From positions 1 to 64,000 of the IMG/VR virus record IMGVR_UViG_3300021311_000001: DNA of 64,000 nucleotides; one strand, written 5' to 3'. Numbering within the stretch: position 1 is the first letter of the stretch; each line of letters opens with the position of its first letter. The notes under the pieces are model-generated. The model saw only the letters and a list, made by a program, of their open reading frames with translations, was not told where the DNA came from and searched no databases. The position numbers were made by a program, and so were the translations under genes. The stretch is from a virus (lineage: Duplodnaviria > Caudoviricetes). This document shows, piece after piece, positions 28,748 through 38,426 of this stretch.

Positions 28748-28758
28748 GAGGTTTTACC

Positions 28759-28935
28759 ATGCTCTTTTTACTTGGCGTTGTCGTGCTAATTTTTATGCTC
28801 GCTCGTGAAAGCTCGCAGCGGAGGGACGCGGAAAACTTCTCCAAATGGATGAAAAATAACGCGCCGAATCGCTACGTCAGAAACGACGAAATGAAGCATT
28901 ATATCAACCAGTACAATAACAGCAAACACCGCTAA
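28759..28935 (+). CDS. 58-aa single-TM protein (intron cargo; not in ORF track)
   Basis: AGGAGG RBS then MLFLLGVVVLIFMLARESSQRRD...SKHR. Confidence 0.7.
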   Translation: MLFLLGVVVLIFMLARESSQRRDAENFSKWMKNNAPNRYVRNDEMKHYINQYNNSKHR

Positions 28936-29275
28936 AATAATTGCCTCAGCCGTTTTCGATCTGCGGCGGCCTGACCGCATATCATCTTTGACAGCCTGCC
29001 CGTTTGGGCGGGCTGTTGGATTTGGAGCACCCCATCGCGATCCGCAGACCGCGCCGACATTATGCTCTCTGAACCGTCTCACGCTGCCGTGAGCTTGGCT
29101 GCGGATTACCCTTGCGGGCTTCCCGGACGAGGATGATCTAAACTCGCCGCTCCTTGCGGAGCCATGTTCGTCGGTTTTTCCAACACCCCCTTGCAAGCAG
29201 TCATGCCGCTTGCTCGTTCCATGTCGCCATCGGGGTATAGGCGGGCGCAATTACGGAACCCGTCACTTTGGGTTC

Positions 29276-30013
29276 ACCCGCCGCTTTATTCAGTTGTGTA
29301 AATGCGGAAATAACGCCGCCGACAAACATGGTTCCGAAGATACCCAGCTTGTCGGTCAGTGTGTCAACGACGTCGGAAAGCGCTTGGAAAATCGCAAGCA
29401 CCGTCTTCATGTCGTCGGTCTGCAGCATGTTCTGCGCGACGCCCACCCAGGTTTCCTTCAGGGCGTTCGCGCGGTACTCCACGCTCTCCATGACCTTCGC
29501 CATCTCACGCTCGGCGCTGCCGGCGCTCGACTCCATCTTCTTCATGGCGTCCGCCGCCTGCTCAAAGTTGGAGAGGATAGCGGAACCGACCTGTGCCTGC
29601 CGCTTTCCGAAAAGCGCCTCAAGAAGCTCCGCGCGGTTCTTGTCCGTCAGCTCGTCCCAGATGTCCGCGATGTCCTGCAAGATCGCATAGGTCGAGCGAT
29701 AGGTATTCGGATCGCCCACCTCGAAGAGGCTCACGCCTCTGCCGCCGTTGCTTGCAACCTTCGTAAGGTCGGCGATCTTGCCGGTGAGCGTCGCGACGTC
29801 GGCGCTGTACTCCTCGGTCTCTTCGTCATAGCCGCGAATACGCATGGATAGCGTCTTGAGCGCGTTGCCCGTGGTCGCGGCGTCGCGTGTGATCTCCACC
29901 GCAGCGGTCGCGAGCGCGATCGTCTCCTCAAACGAATTGTTCGCTGCCGACATAGCGCTCGATGCGCGCGTCATCACCTCAACGAGGTCTTTGTTGCTAA
30001 CGGCGAACTTGTT
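29276..30013 (-). CDS. tape measure protein, exon 2
   Basis: NKFAVSN...GNALKTLSMRIRG...LFGKRQA (TP901-type core); 246 codons. Confidence 0.85.
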
Positions 30014-31296
30014 CAATCTGTTACTTTCGGCTTTCACCTACTGACTGCGCCATAGCACAGCGGGCAGGACTTTCATCCTGCCTCCCGCGTTTCATGTATT
30101 TGGATTATTGCGCGGGTTCAGACTGTATCTTCATCTATCAGAAATTATTTGTCTATTGCTAACCAAAAAATCGGTTAGCAAAACAGAGATTTTTTCTGTA
30201 GAGAGCAGCGAAACCGCCCGTGTTACCACGAGCGGTATTACAGTCGTTACGGATAAATGGTATTTGTGATTTTTTCTCTGATTTCTCGCTCCTTGTTGGA
30301 GTCATTCAGCCGAAGCAAAGGAATGTTGTTCCTCTTGCAATACTCGGTTTTTATGGCGTCTCTTTCTTGCGTTTTTCTCAAGGATTCTGTTCCGCCATAC
30401 ATAGGTACAGGAATAAAATGCTGCTTGCCGTCGTACTCGATCAGACAGTTGATACTGTCATCATCATTGTAAACGACAAAGTCAAAAGGAAGCGTATGTT
30501 TGCTCTTGCAGTCTGGGAAGCGCTTTTGTTCGCAATACTTCACGCCCATTTCTTCAAGTATTTGCTTAATCATGCGCTCTCTGGACGACATGACCTTGCA
30601 TCCGCATGAAGTTGTGTGATTTGCCAAGATTTTTGCCGGAAGCGCGACAAACACACTGCCGCACAACGGGCATTTACAGTTCCACATCCACACGCCACGC
30701 TTATTCTGATAGGCACGCGAAAGCAATTCAACGCCAGATGTAGATTTCATACCGGTGAAATCTTTTACCGTTGACTCCCACACCGTTTCTTTTATTCTGC
30801 ATCCGCAAGACTTTGTATGGCCTGTCACTACGTCACTTTTATTGGTTGTTATAACATTGCCACACTTGCACCTGCATACAGCCATCGCAGGCTTCATGCG
30901 TTCGTTCCTTATGATTTTCAAAATCGTTAAGTCATTGAACGTCTGCCCCGTCTCATCATGCTGTTGCCACACAGAACGATGATAACCGGTCATACACCCA
31001 CACGAAGCCGTCTTGCTGTGTCGCAGCGGATACGCCTCTTTGATTGTTTCGTTTCCGCATTCGCATACGCATCTGCAAAACATTTTCTTGTTTCCCTTGT
31101 ACCTTGGCAACATTTCCTTGACAGTAAGATGACCGTACTTCTGTCCGGTCATGTCGATCACGTCTATGTTGACCACCAGCTTTTGTTGTTTATTTCACAA
31201 ATACCAAGTCTTTCCTCGGTCTGATCTGTCCCCAGACTTTAACCGATATAGCTGCTTTCTGACGACGTATCACTACGCCGCTGGGCAATCTTGTTT
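30014..31296 (-). ncRNA. group I intron 1 of TMP
   Basis: Exon ends in U, intron ends in G; P1 UGGGU/GCCCA; P3 AGCAGC/GCUGCU; P7 GACUG/CAGUC (S element AAGAUACAGUCU); splicing restores INEVG|NKFA. Confidence 0.9.
30247..31176 (-). CDS. intron-encoded putative homing endonuclease
   Basis: Three D.TG...C.C.CG...SCGC repeats plus PFDF...IEYDGKQH nuclease motif; lower GC; stop codon abuts P7. Confidence 0.75.
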   Translation of the reverse strand: MVNIDVIDMTGQKYGHLTVKEMLPRYKGNKKMFCRCVCECGNETIKEAYPLRHSKTASCGCMTGYHRSVWQQHDETGQTFNDLTILKIIRNERMKPAMAVCRCKCGNVITTNKSDVVTGHTKSCGCRIKETVWESTVKDFTGMKSTSGVELLSRAYQNKRGVWMWNCKCPLCGSVFVALPAKILANHTTSCGCKVMSSRERMIKQILEEMGVKYCEQKRFPDCKSKHTLPFDFVVYNDDDSINCLIEYDGKQHFIPVPMYGGTESLRKTQERDAIKTEYCKRNNIPLLRLNDSNKEREIREKITNTIYP

Positions 31297-33309
31297 ACCC
31301 ACCTCGTTGATCTTGGAAATAATACCGTCCAGCGTGTCGTTGACGTCCACGCCGTAAGCCTTAATGATGCTCACAAGCCCGTCCGTCGCCATCTGCTGCT
31401 CCATGCCGGGAGACACGGCGGCAAAGATAGCGGAGTTCTCCGCGAGCTTCGCGGCGTCCTGCAAGGCGAATCCTAATCGCGCCCACTCGGCGGTTTGTGA
31501 AATGACCGCCTCGGTCGTCACGTTGAGCCGCTTCGCCGTCTCGTTCGCGCTCTCATAGAACGAGCGATACTCTTCGCTCGTCGCCTTCGTGACCTTGCGC
31601 AGGTCGATCATCGCGGTGTCAAGGTCTACGACCGTCTGGATACCCTGCTTCAAATACCGAAACGCACGGAACAAAAGCGTCGTCGCGCTCACCCACTGAA
31701 GCACCTTGCCGAGGTTGTTCTGGAGCGTGTCACCGAGCGACTGCACGTTCTTGCCGGCAGCCTTGACGTCGCTCTTGAACTTGTTGAACTCGGCGCGCCA
31801 CTTCGATAAGTCGCTGGCGTTGTTCACGCGGTCGAGATTGACAAGAAGCTGCTCAAACTGCGCATTGAGTCCCTTGTCGGTTTTCAGCGCGCTCCACGTC
31901 CGTCCGACCGTCAACAAATCAGCCTTTGCCTTTTCGATATTCGGGAACAGCTTTTCATCGCGAAGTCCCGTGTTTTGCGTCCGCGTCAGCGACGCCATTT
32001 CGGTGTTCACCAACGCAAGCGTTTGGCGGAGACGGTTGTATGCCTCGATCTTACGATTGGCGTCCTGCTCACTGTTCACCGCCGCGCTGAGCCGCCGAAG
32101 CTGCTCCATGTTCGCTTTCAGCGTTTCACTCGGTTGGATAAGACCGTTGAACCGCGCCGTCGCCGCCTCGATCTGAGAGGGCATGACAGCCATCTCGCGG
32201 TTGATGGTCGCGATCGTTGCCTCTAAGTCCTGTCCCGCCTTAAAAGAGACGACATCGCCCTTCAAGCGGTCGAACTGATCCGCAAAGCTCGTCAGGCTCT
32301 TGCTGTCAAACGCGCCAGCAAGCTCGACGCGCAGCGCCGCCACACGCTTTTCAAAGTCAGAAGTCAAAAGACCGGACGACTTGAGCTTCTTTTCATAGGC
32401 GTCCAGCTCGCTCGCGTAGTCCGCGTTGACCTGCCACACCGTCTTGGTGCGCAGCTCCGTAGCAACGTGCTCCGCCTTGGAATACTCCGTTGCAAGCCGT
32501 TCAAGTGCATTGATCTGTGCGTCAATATCCGAGCGCTGCGATGCGCTCAGCGCACCGCTTTCGCTTCGCATCCTCTCGATGCTCGCCGAGATTTCGCCAT
32601 ACCGCTTGTTAAGCTCCGCGAGGTGGTCGCTGCCGACCACGCCGTTTGCGCGCGTCAGCCCCTCATACTTCGCCCTAACGTTCTCAAGCTCCGCTTCGAG
32701 CTTCGTAAGAGAAGCGGCGCGCTTGTCACTCGCCGCTTGCTCTTTCTTCGCCGCAGCCTCACTCGCGGCGTTGAGTTTTTCGATGTTCAGCGTGACGTCC
32801 TTGACCGTCTCGCTGACCTTGCGCCCGTCCTGCGCATACTGCTGCACCAGCGAAATTTCCTTGCCGAGCGCGTCGCGCCCGGAGATGTCAAGCTGCAGCA
32901 GCCGTTCCTTTTCGCGCCCGACCTTTACCCACTGCGCATGGATCTTGCCGACCTGTACGTCCATACCCGTGAGGTTCTGCGTCATGGACTTCATCAACTC
33001 CGAGCTTGCCTCGATGCCCGTGCCGCTCATGGCTTCGCGCAGCATCTTCTTCGCGTCGCCCGTCACCTTGACGCCGATGCTCACCGGCTCCACATGGATA
33101 TTCGAGAGCTGGCGCGTGATTTCGCCCTGCATCCGCGCCGTCGTGCGCTCGTCGAGCGACACACCGACCTTGATACTGCTCTTCTGATTGATTTTATCCG
33201 CGATGGACGGAAGCTGTGCCGAAATCCGCTGCGCGGACGCCTCTTCATCCGCCTCCAGTCGTGTTCTGACCACTACCATCAAATCGTCGTTTTCAGCCAA
33301 GCTCCTCAC
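31297..33309 (-). CDS. tape measure protein, exon 1
   Basis: Coiled coil ending LDTAMIDLRKVT...ISKINEVG. Confidence 0.85.
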
Positions 33310-33842
33310 CGTCCTTTCTTAGAAATCACTTTCAAGCCCTGCCGCGCAAGACCTTCCGCGAGCGCTTGCGCGGCTTTCCCGCCGCGCAGCGCCGCGCGTG
33401 TTTTTTCGATAAACGGCCGTGCCTTTGCATCCGGCCAGTAGTCGTAACCGTAGCCGCTTGGGTTGTAGATGCCATACTCCACAAGCCTCGCGATACTTTC
33501 GTCCTGCGGCGTGGTGGAATACCCGCCAACGCCGTCGATGCGCCCGACGCCGACGCCGTTTTTATACGGATTGGGCGGCGTGTCGTTCTCAACATACAGC
33601 GCACCGAGCTTGAGCGATGCGTTGTTGATGACAAGGTTATGCTCCGTGTCAAGAAGTCCGCCGCGCTCGCCGCGCCGCTTGTAGTGCTTCGGCTTGTACT
33701 TGTCGTACACCTCGCTTTGGATCGCCGCGTGCTCGACTTCGGCAACCTCGTCCAGCACTTCGCCGGATAGCGCGTCGTTCACCATCGGACGCAGCTTCTG
33801 ATTTGCGTATTTAAGCGCCTCCGAAATAGACATTGCCTTCAT
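33306..33842 (-). CDS. tail completion-type protein
   Basis: VYDKYKP..Y.R and ARPFIE motifs; upstream of the TMP. Confidence 0.5.
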   Translation of the reverse strand: MKAMSISEALKYANQKLRPMVNDALSGEVLDEVAEVEHAAIQSEVYDKYKPKHYKRRGERGGLLDTEHNLVINNASLKLGALYVENDTPPNPYKNGVGVGRIDGVGGYSTTPQDESIARLVEYGIYNPSGYGYDYWPDAKARPFIEKTRAALRGGKAAQALAEGLARQGLKVISKKGR

Positions 33843-33863
33843 CGCGCACACTCCTTTCGATCG

Positions 33864-34499
33864 TTATTTCACGAGCGTCAAGCCAGCCTTGACCACCGCG
33901 TCGCGAAGCGCGTCCGGCTCCGTACCGTCCGCCGCTTTCGCGAGCTTCGAGGCGTACTCCATCATGGCCTCCGCGTCAATGGACTCGACCTTTTCGCCAA
34001 GCGAAGTCAAAAGCGCACGCGCCGCGTCAACCGCAGCGCGGATGCTCTCGCCGCTTCGGTTCAGCTCACGCGCCTTGCGCCACTCGACGGCGCTCTGCGT
34101 GAGGAACACAAGCTCGCTCATCATCTCGCGGTATCCGCCGCCGGAAAAACCGTCAAGATTCAGCGCGACATACAGCGCATCCATCGCGTCAAGATCGAGC
34201 TGGCTTTCGCCGCCATCCTTCGCGCGCACGGAAAGCGCAGGCAGATCCGTACACATCTGCAGGATAGTCGCGCGCAGCATCGGCGTAAAGTATTCCGGGC
34301 GATACTCGCCGCGCTCGTCAAAGCATCCGCTCAGCACACGCGCGATAAACGTGGATTTTTCAGCCGTCGACAAATGCGTGCGGATCGTCACGATGACGTC
34401 CTTGCCGTCCTCCAGACGCAGGTGCGCCTCCGCAGTGCCGTTAGGCTTGGTCTCCTTGAGATACGTCTTTACCGTATCCACAGAAATTTTCTTGCTCAT
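33864..34499 (-). CDS. hypothetical, possible tail assembly chaperone
   Basis: Position in the tail operon. Confidence 0.5.
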   Translation of the reverse strand: MSKKISVDTVKTYLKETKPNGTAEAHLRLEDGKDVIVTIRTHLSTAEKSTFIARVLSGCFDERGEYRPEYFTPMLRATILQMCTDLPALSVRAKDGGESQLDLDAMDALYVALNLDGFSGGGYREMMSELVFLTQSAVEWRKARELNRSGESIRAAVDAARALLTSLGEKVESIDAEAMMEYASKLAKAADGTEPDALRDAVVKAGLTLVK

Positions 34500-35248
34500 T
34501 CCTTATCCCCCATGCTCTTTTGAGCGATTGCAAAATTGAGATCGTCCGCCCTCTGACTGATCCAGCCGCGATGATTGACTACGAGCTTACACACCGCCGT
34601 CCGCTCGTCACCGGCAAACCAGTTGAGGTAATGCACAAAACCGCTGTGCTCAGGGTTTTTATAAAGATCGTTCTGCCCGTCGTGTCCGATCACGATAACC
34701 TTGCAGCTATCGTGCATCCGCGTGAGCACCTTTTTCAGCTCGTCGAAATAGTAGTTTTGCGCCTCGTCGATGATGACGACCTGCTCCTCGAAGTTCGCGC
34801 CGCGCAAAAACGTGTGTGTCATACAGCGGATATACGCAGTGCCGTTCTTTTCATTCAGAATATCGCCGAACGCCGCCGTGTTCATGTTCACGCCAATTTT
34901 TTCCAGTGCCTCATAAAACGGCTCAAAGTACGGCTCCGACTTTTCCTCGATTGTGCCTTTCAAATACCCCTGCTTCTGCTCCTGCGTAGGCGAGGCAATG
35001 TAGGAAATACCCTTGTAGCGCCCATATCGACAGAGAAGATCGGCCGTCGCCGTCGCGATCAGTGTCTTGCCGGTTCCAGCCTTTGCGTTGCAAAAGACGA
35101 TGTTTTTATCTCCGCTCCAGATCGCGTCGCGAAACGCGATCTGATACTCGTCGAGCTTGAGTCCGTAAAACGGATGGTCTGCAAGCGTCTGCGGCGCTTT
35201 TTCCTTTGGCGCGTCCTGCGCCATGTTGGGAGCACTCTTTCGTGCCAT
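34496..35248 (-). CDS. phoH: PhoH-family ATPase
   Basis: AGTGKT, FLRGANF, IIDEAQN, LTR, GHDGQND. Confidence 0.9.
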   Translation of the reverse strand: MARKSAPNMAQDAPKEKAPQTLADHPFYGLKLDEYQIAFRDAIWSGDKNIVFCNAKAGTGKTLIATATADLLCRYGRYKGISYIASPTQEQKQGYLKGTIEEKSEPYFEPFYEALEKIGVNMNTAAFGDILNEKNGTAYIRCMTHTFLRGANFEEQVVIIDEAQNYYFDELKKVLTRMHDSCKVIVIGHDGQNDLYKNPEHSGFVHYLNWFAGDERTAVCKLVVNHRGWISQRADDLNFAIAQKSMGDKE

Positions 35249-35261
35249 GCGCGATCACTCC

Positions 35262-35903
35262 TTAAAGAATAGTGTCGAGATCGGTCACGATCTCATCGGC
35301 AATGCCAAGCTCGATCATCTCGTCGCTGAACAGGAACCAGTCGCGGCGATAATTCTTGTCAAAGACCTCCTCGTCGATCTTCGTCACGCTGAGGATGTAC
35401 TTCTTCACGCGCCGCTCAAGCTCCTTGGTAAATTCAAGGTTGTCCAGCATCTTGCCGATGCTTCCGATCGCACCGGAGGAACCGTCGTGAATAAGACAGC
35501 TCGTGTGCTCGAAGATATATCGCCGATGTCCGGCCATCAAAAGCAGTCCGCCGGCGCTGTAAACGCGGCCAAGACCGATGGTGTAAACCGGCGTCTTGGA
35601 AAGGCGGATCGTGTCGATAATGTTCATCACAACGTCGACGCTTCCGCCGTCCGAATTGATCAGGATGCGAATGGGCTTGCGTTTCTCCGGCTCGATGCCG
35701 CGATCCTCGCGGTTCCACTTGCGGATATAGTGAGCGATGTCCAGCGTGCCGTCCTCGATGTCGCCGTTCCACTCGATCTCGCGGTTTTTAAGCCCGCGAT
35801 AATATTCAAGCATGGCCGGTTCGGGGAGATGTGTGTCCATCAGCTCGGAAACGTCGATGAAGTCCTCCTCCATCTCAAAGCCATTGTTCTTGTCGTTCAT
35901 CAT
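35262..35903 (-). CDS. clpP: ClpP-family protease
   Basis: INSDGGSV, YSAG (Ser), LIH (His), RDWF...GIAD. Confidence 0.85.
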   Translation of the reverse strand: MMNDKNNGFEMEEDFIDVSELMDTHLPEPAMLEYYRGLKNREIEWNGDIEDGTLDIAHYIRKWNREDRGIEPEKRKPIRILINSDGGSVDVVMNIIDTIRLSKTPVYTIGLGRVYSAGGLLLMAGHRRYIFEHTSCLIHDGSSGAIGSIGKMLDNLEFTKELERRVKKYILSVTKIDEEVFDKNYRRDWFLFSDEMIELGIADEIVTDLDTIL

Positions 35904-35915
35904 AATCGCGTCCTC

Positions 35916-36461
35916 CTATTGCTCTTTGATTTCGCACACTCCTTCGGAAGTGATGCTGATATTGTGCAGACAGTAATGCCCCAGCATAATGCTGTCCGCA
36001 AGGTTGTCATCCTCTGTCTCGATACCGTAAATGTTCTTTGCCGCTTGGATCGAGAGGATCTTGGACGTCTTTTTACCGCTTTCGATCTCGGTCACATTCG
36101 CCTTGATCTCCTTGCTTGTCCTGCCTCTTGCCTTGCAAAAGCTCTGCCACTGCGCCGGTGGAACCAAACCGTAAAGGTATTCGTTCTTTTCGCAAAGATT
36201 GACGAGTACGCCTTGGAGCTGAGCCAGTCTCTTAAAGGACTGCACATTCCTGCGCAGTTGAATGTCCTCCAGGAAAACCGCATCGACGCCCTGCTTGCGT
36301 ATCACTCCATCCAGCAATGCTTCGATTTGCAAAACAGCCTGTTCAAACGTGCATTTTTCGCTCGGATACGACCACACACCGTAGTCGAGCAGTTTCTTCT
36401 TCTCATAATCGAACACCGACCATGCGCCGTTGCGCGCCTGATCGACCGCCAAAATCTTCAT
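35916..36461 (-). CDS. RuvC-like nuclease/resolvase
   Basis: ILAVD, FLED, DDNLADS. Confidence 0.75.
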   Translation of the reverse strand: MKILAVDQARNGAWSVFDYEKKKLLDYGVWSYPSEKCTFEQAVLQIEALLDGVIRKQGVDAVFLEDIQLRRNVQSFKRLAQLQGVLVNLCEKNEYLYGLVPPAQWQSFCKARGRTSKEIKANVTEIESGKKTSKILSIQAAKNIYGIETEDDNLADSIMLGHYCLHNISITSEGVCEIKEQ

Positions 36462-36478
36462 TCCTTCTCACCTCATGC

Positions 36479-36508
36479 CAAAAAAGAGAGGGCTTTCGCC
36501 CTCTCTTC
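36479..36508 (-). terminator. intrinsic terminator
   Basis: AAGAGAGGGC-GAAA-GCCCTCTCTT followed by a T-run. Confidence 0.7.
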
Positions 36509-36839
36509 ATTTCTCTGCGTTCGCGGTATCCGCCGCATCCGGCGTTTCCTCCGCGATCGGTGCGAGCGCCACGGCGCTCTTACCCTTGTGCTCGCGGTAG
36601 ATCTCTCCCAGAAGCGACCGCACGCTCTCCGTGTACCCTTCCGTGCGGAAGAAATCGACGCCGCGTTTGCGAAGCGCGCGATATGCGCGTTTCGCGTCGC
36701 GGTCTGTCTTGTAGTCCATCAGCACGGTAAGAATGTAGTAGTGGTCGAGCGTGTCCGTATGCACGCGCCAGCTCTTCGTCTTCTCACAGACGTAGCACGT
36801 CTCATACATGGCTCCGCACACGCTGCACGCGCGCTGCAT
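36507..36839 (-). CDS. small Cys-containing protein
   Basis: CSVC...CYVC...W; follows the major tail gene. Confidence 0.6.
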   Translation of the reverse strand: MQRACSVCGAMYETCYVCEKTKSWRVHTDTLDHYYILTVLMDYKTDRDAKRAYRALRKRGVDFFRTEGYTESVRSLLGEIYREHKGKSAVALAPIAEETPDAADTANAEK

Positions 36840-36851
36840 TGCCGCCTCCTC

Positions 36852-37634
36852 TTACTCGTTGAAGAGGATGTAGCACAGCTCCGCGTCGTCGGAGCAGTAA
36901 TCCTTGAGCGCGGTGAAGCCGAACGGGTGCGTACCCTCGGTCGTGAGCGTAATGGAGAAGTTGTTGTCGATCTTCGCCTTCGGGAAGACGATCACACCGG
37001 CGCGCTTGCTCGCGGGATTGCACACGTCCGCCGCGAGGATGTCGACGATGTACTCGGCGGCCTCGGCGAAGTTCTCGCTGCCGTCAATGACCTTGACGGC
37101 GCTGTCGGTCTCGTACTCGTACAGAACACCGATCATGGTGCCGGTGAAGCTGTCGGGCAGAGTAACGACCTTGCCGGAAATGCTGGCGTCGCCGGCCTCC
37201 GCGCCGATGGCAATGGTATCGGCAATGGTCTTGTCCTCGGCGAGAACGTAGATCTTCGCGGGTGCGGTCTTCGGCGTATGGGTAAGCGTCGCGGTCTTGG
37301 TCGCGGGATCGCCGGAGGTAACGACCTTCAGCGTCTCGAAGACCTTACCGGTCAGCTTGTTGCTGGCGTCCGCCACGTCGACCTCGGTGCCGAGCTGAGA
37401 GGCCATCAGGTCGAGGGACAGAAGCGAAGCCTCACCGGAGAAGTTGACGCCCTTGGCGGTGTCGAAACGGGCAAGCAGCGTGCCGTAAGCATCGGTCTTG
37501 TCCGTGCTCTCGCCGGTGAACTCGATCTGCGGGTTCGCAATGCTCGTCAGGGTGAAGTCGACGTCGCCGCTCGTCAGATTGACGCGGGTAACGCGGCGAA
37601 CCTTGTCGATAATGAAGTTAGTTGCATTGAACAT
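36852..37634 (-). CDS. major tail protein (putative)
   Basis: 260 aa, strongly biased codon usage, position. Confidence 0.65.
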   Translation of the reverse strand: MFNATNFIIDKVRRVTRVNLTSGDVDFTLTSIANPQIEFTGESTDKTDAYGTLLARFDTAKGVNFSGEASLLSLDLMASQLGTEVDVADASNKLTGKVFETLKVVTSGDPATKTATLTHTPKTAPAKIYVLAEDKTIADTIAIGAEAGDASISGKVVTLPDSFTGTMIGVLYEYETDSAVKVIDGSENFAEAAEYIVDILAADVCNPASKRAGVIVFPKAKIDNNFSITLTTEGTHPFGFTALKDYCSDDAELCYILFNE

Positions 37635-37688
37635 GGTTACATCTTCCTTTCATTGTGTGATAAAAAGAACCTCTCGGCTCTCAGTTTG

Positions 37689-38426
37689 TCATTTCAGATC
37701 TCCCATCCAGTCAAGCTGGCTCTTGGTGATCCGCTTGACGTCCACGTTGCCGGCATAAATACCGCTCATCGTGTAGCCGACGCTTTTGACTTTCTGCACG
37801 CGCGCAACGGCGTCCATAAACGCGCCGATCGGCATATTCCACGCTTCAAAAAAGCCGTACTTGAACTCCACGCAATTCGTCATCGCGGAGATCAATGGCA
37901 TGAGAAGAGAACCATGCGGCTTTTTTGCCGCCGCCATCAGCTCGTCGCGGTCATCCTCGATCATAATGTCGCGCGTGGAGTCGTTGTATCCGGTATCCAC
38001 GTTCTTTGTGAAACGGTGGACGGCGCGGAGATAACCGGTGAGACTTGCGTGGATCGCGCGGTCGATGACAATTCCGTCCGCATTGCGCAGCACGATCTCC
38101 TGCGTCTTGGTATTCACGACCGGACGGAAACTCGAAACATCCAGTCCGGGAAACACAATAGAGCAATCCTGTTTCTGCGCCGCACCGAAAAGCGAGACGA
38201 ACAGTTCAAACTCGTCCATCTGCTCCCAGTAGATATGCAGCGCGTCCCAGATCGCTACCTTCTGGTCTGCGGGCGTCGCCGTCAACGTGCGCACCAGCGC
38301 GAAATAATCGCGTTCGCCGTATTCCTCGATCTCATCGAGCGTCGGTTGGCGCACCGTAATACCTCCACCGATTTCACACGGCTTGCCCCGTAGCAATCGC
38401 AAGGCGTCAAAGCTATTGTTCATCAC
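37689..38426 (-). CDS. hypothetical tail-module protein
   Basis: QPTLDEI..GE motif; operon context. Confidence 0.6.
   Translation of the reverse strand: MMNNSFDALRLLRGKPCEIGGGITVRQPTLDEIEEYGERDYFALVRTLTATPADQKVAIWDALHIYWEQMDEFELFVSLFGAAQKQDCSIVFPGLDVSSFRPVVNTKTQEIVLRNADGIVIDRAIHASLTGYLRAVHRFTKNVDTGYNDSTRDIMIEDDRDELMAAAKKPHGSLLMPLISAMTNCVEFKYGFFEAWNMPIGAFMDAVARVQKVKSVGYTMSGIYAGNVDVKRITKSQLDWMGDLK

Larger units (their letters stand above)
27951..29275 (-). ncRNA. group I intron 2 of TMP, carrying antisense cargo genes
   Basis: P1 GGCGGGU/GCCCGCC; Q AAUCCGCAGCC; R GUUCAGAGAGCA; P7 GAGCA/UGCUC; P9.0 AAUCCA/UGGAUU before the terminal G; P10 UAAUUGC/GCAAUUA. Confidence 0.85.

Noticed and set aside
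28786-29250. 154-aa minus-strand ORF
   Set aside because: Overlaps the ribozyme core and is antisense to the 58-aa gene; no recognisable motifs.
22728-33309. TMP as a pseudogene or IS-disrupted gene
   Set aside because: No transposase or terminal repeats; both gaps have group I cores and splice in frame.
35223-38393. Long plus-strand ORFs (also 7643-9604, 6244-8082, 52387-54135 and others)
   Set aside because: Antisense shadows of GC-rich minus-strand genes; they cross gene boundaries and lack motifs.
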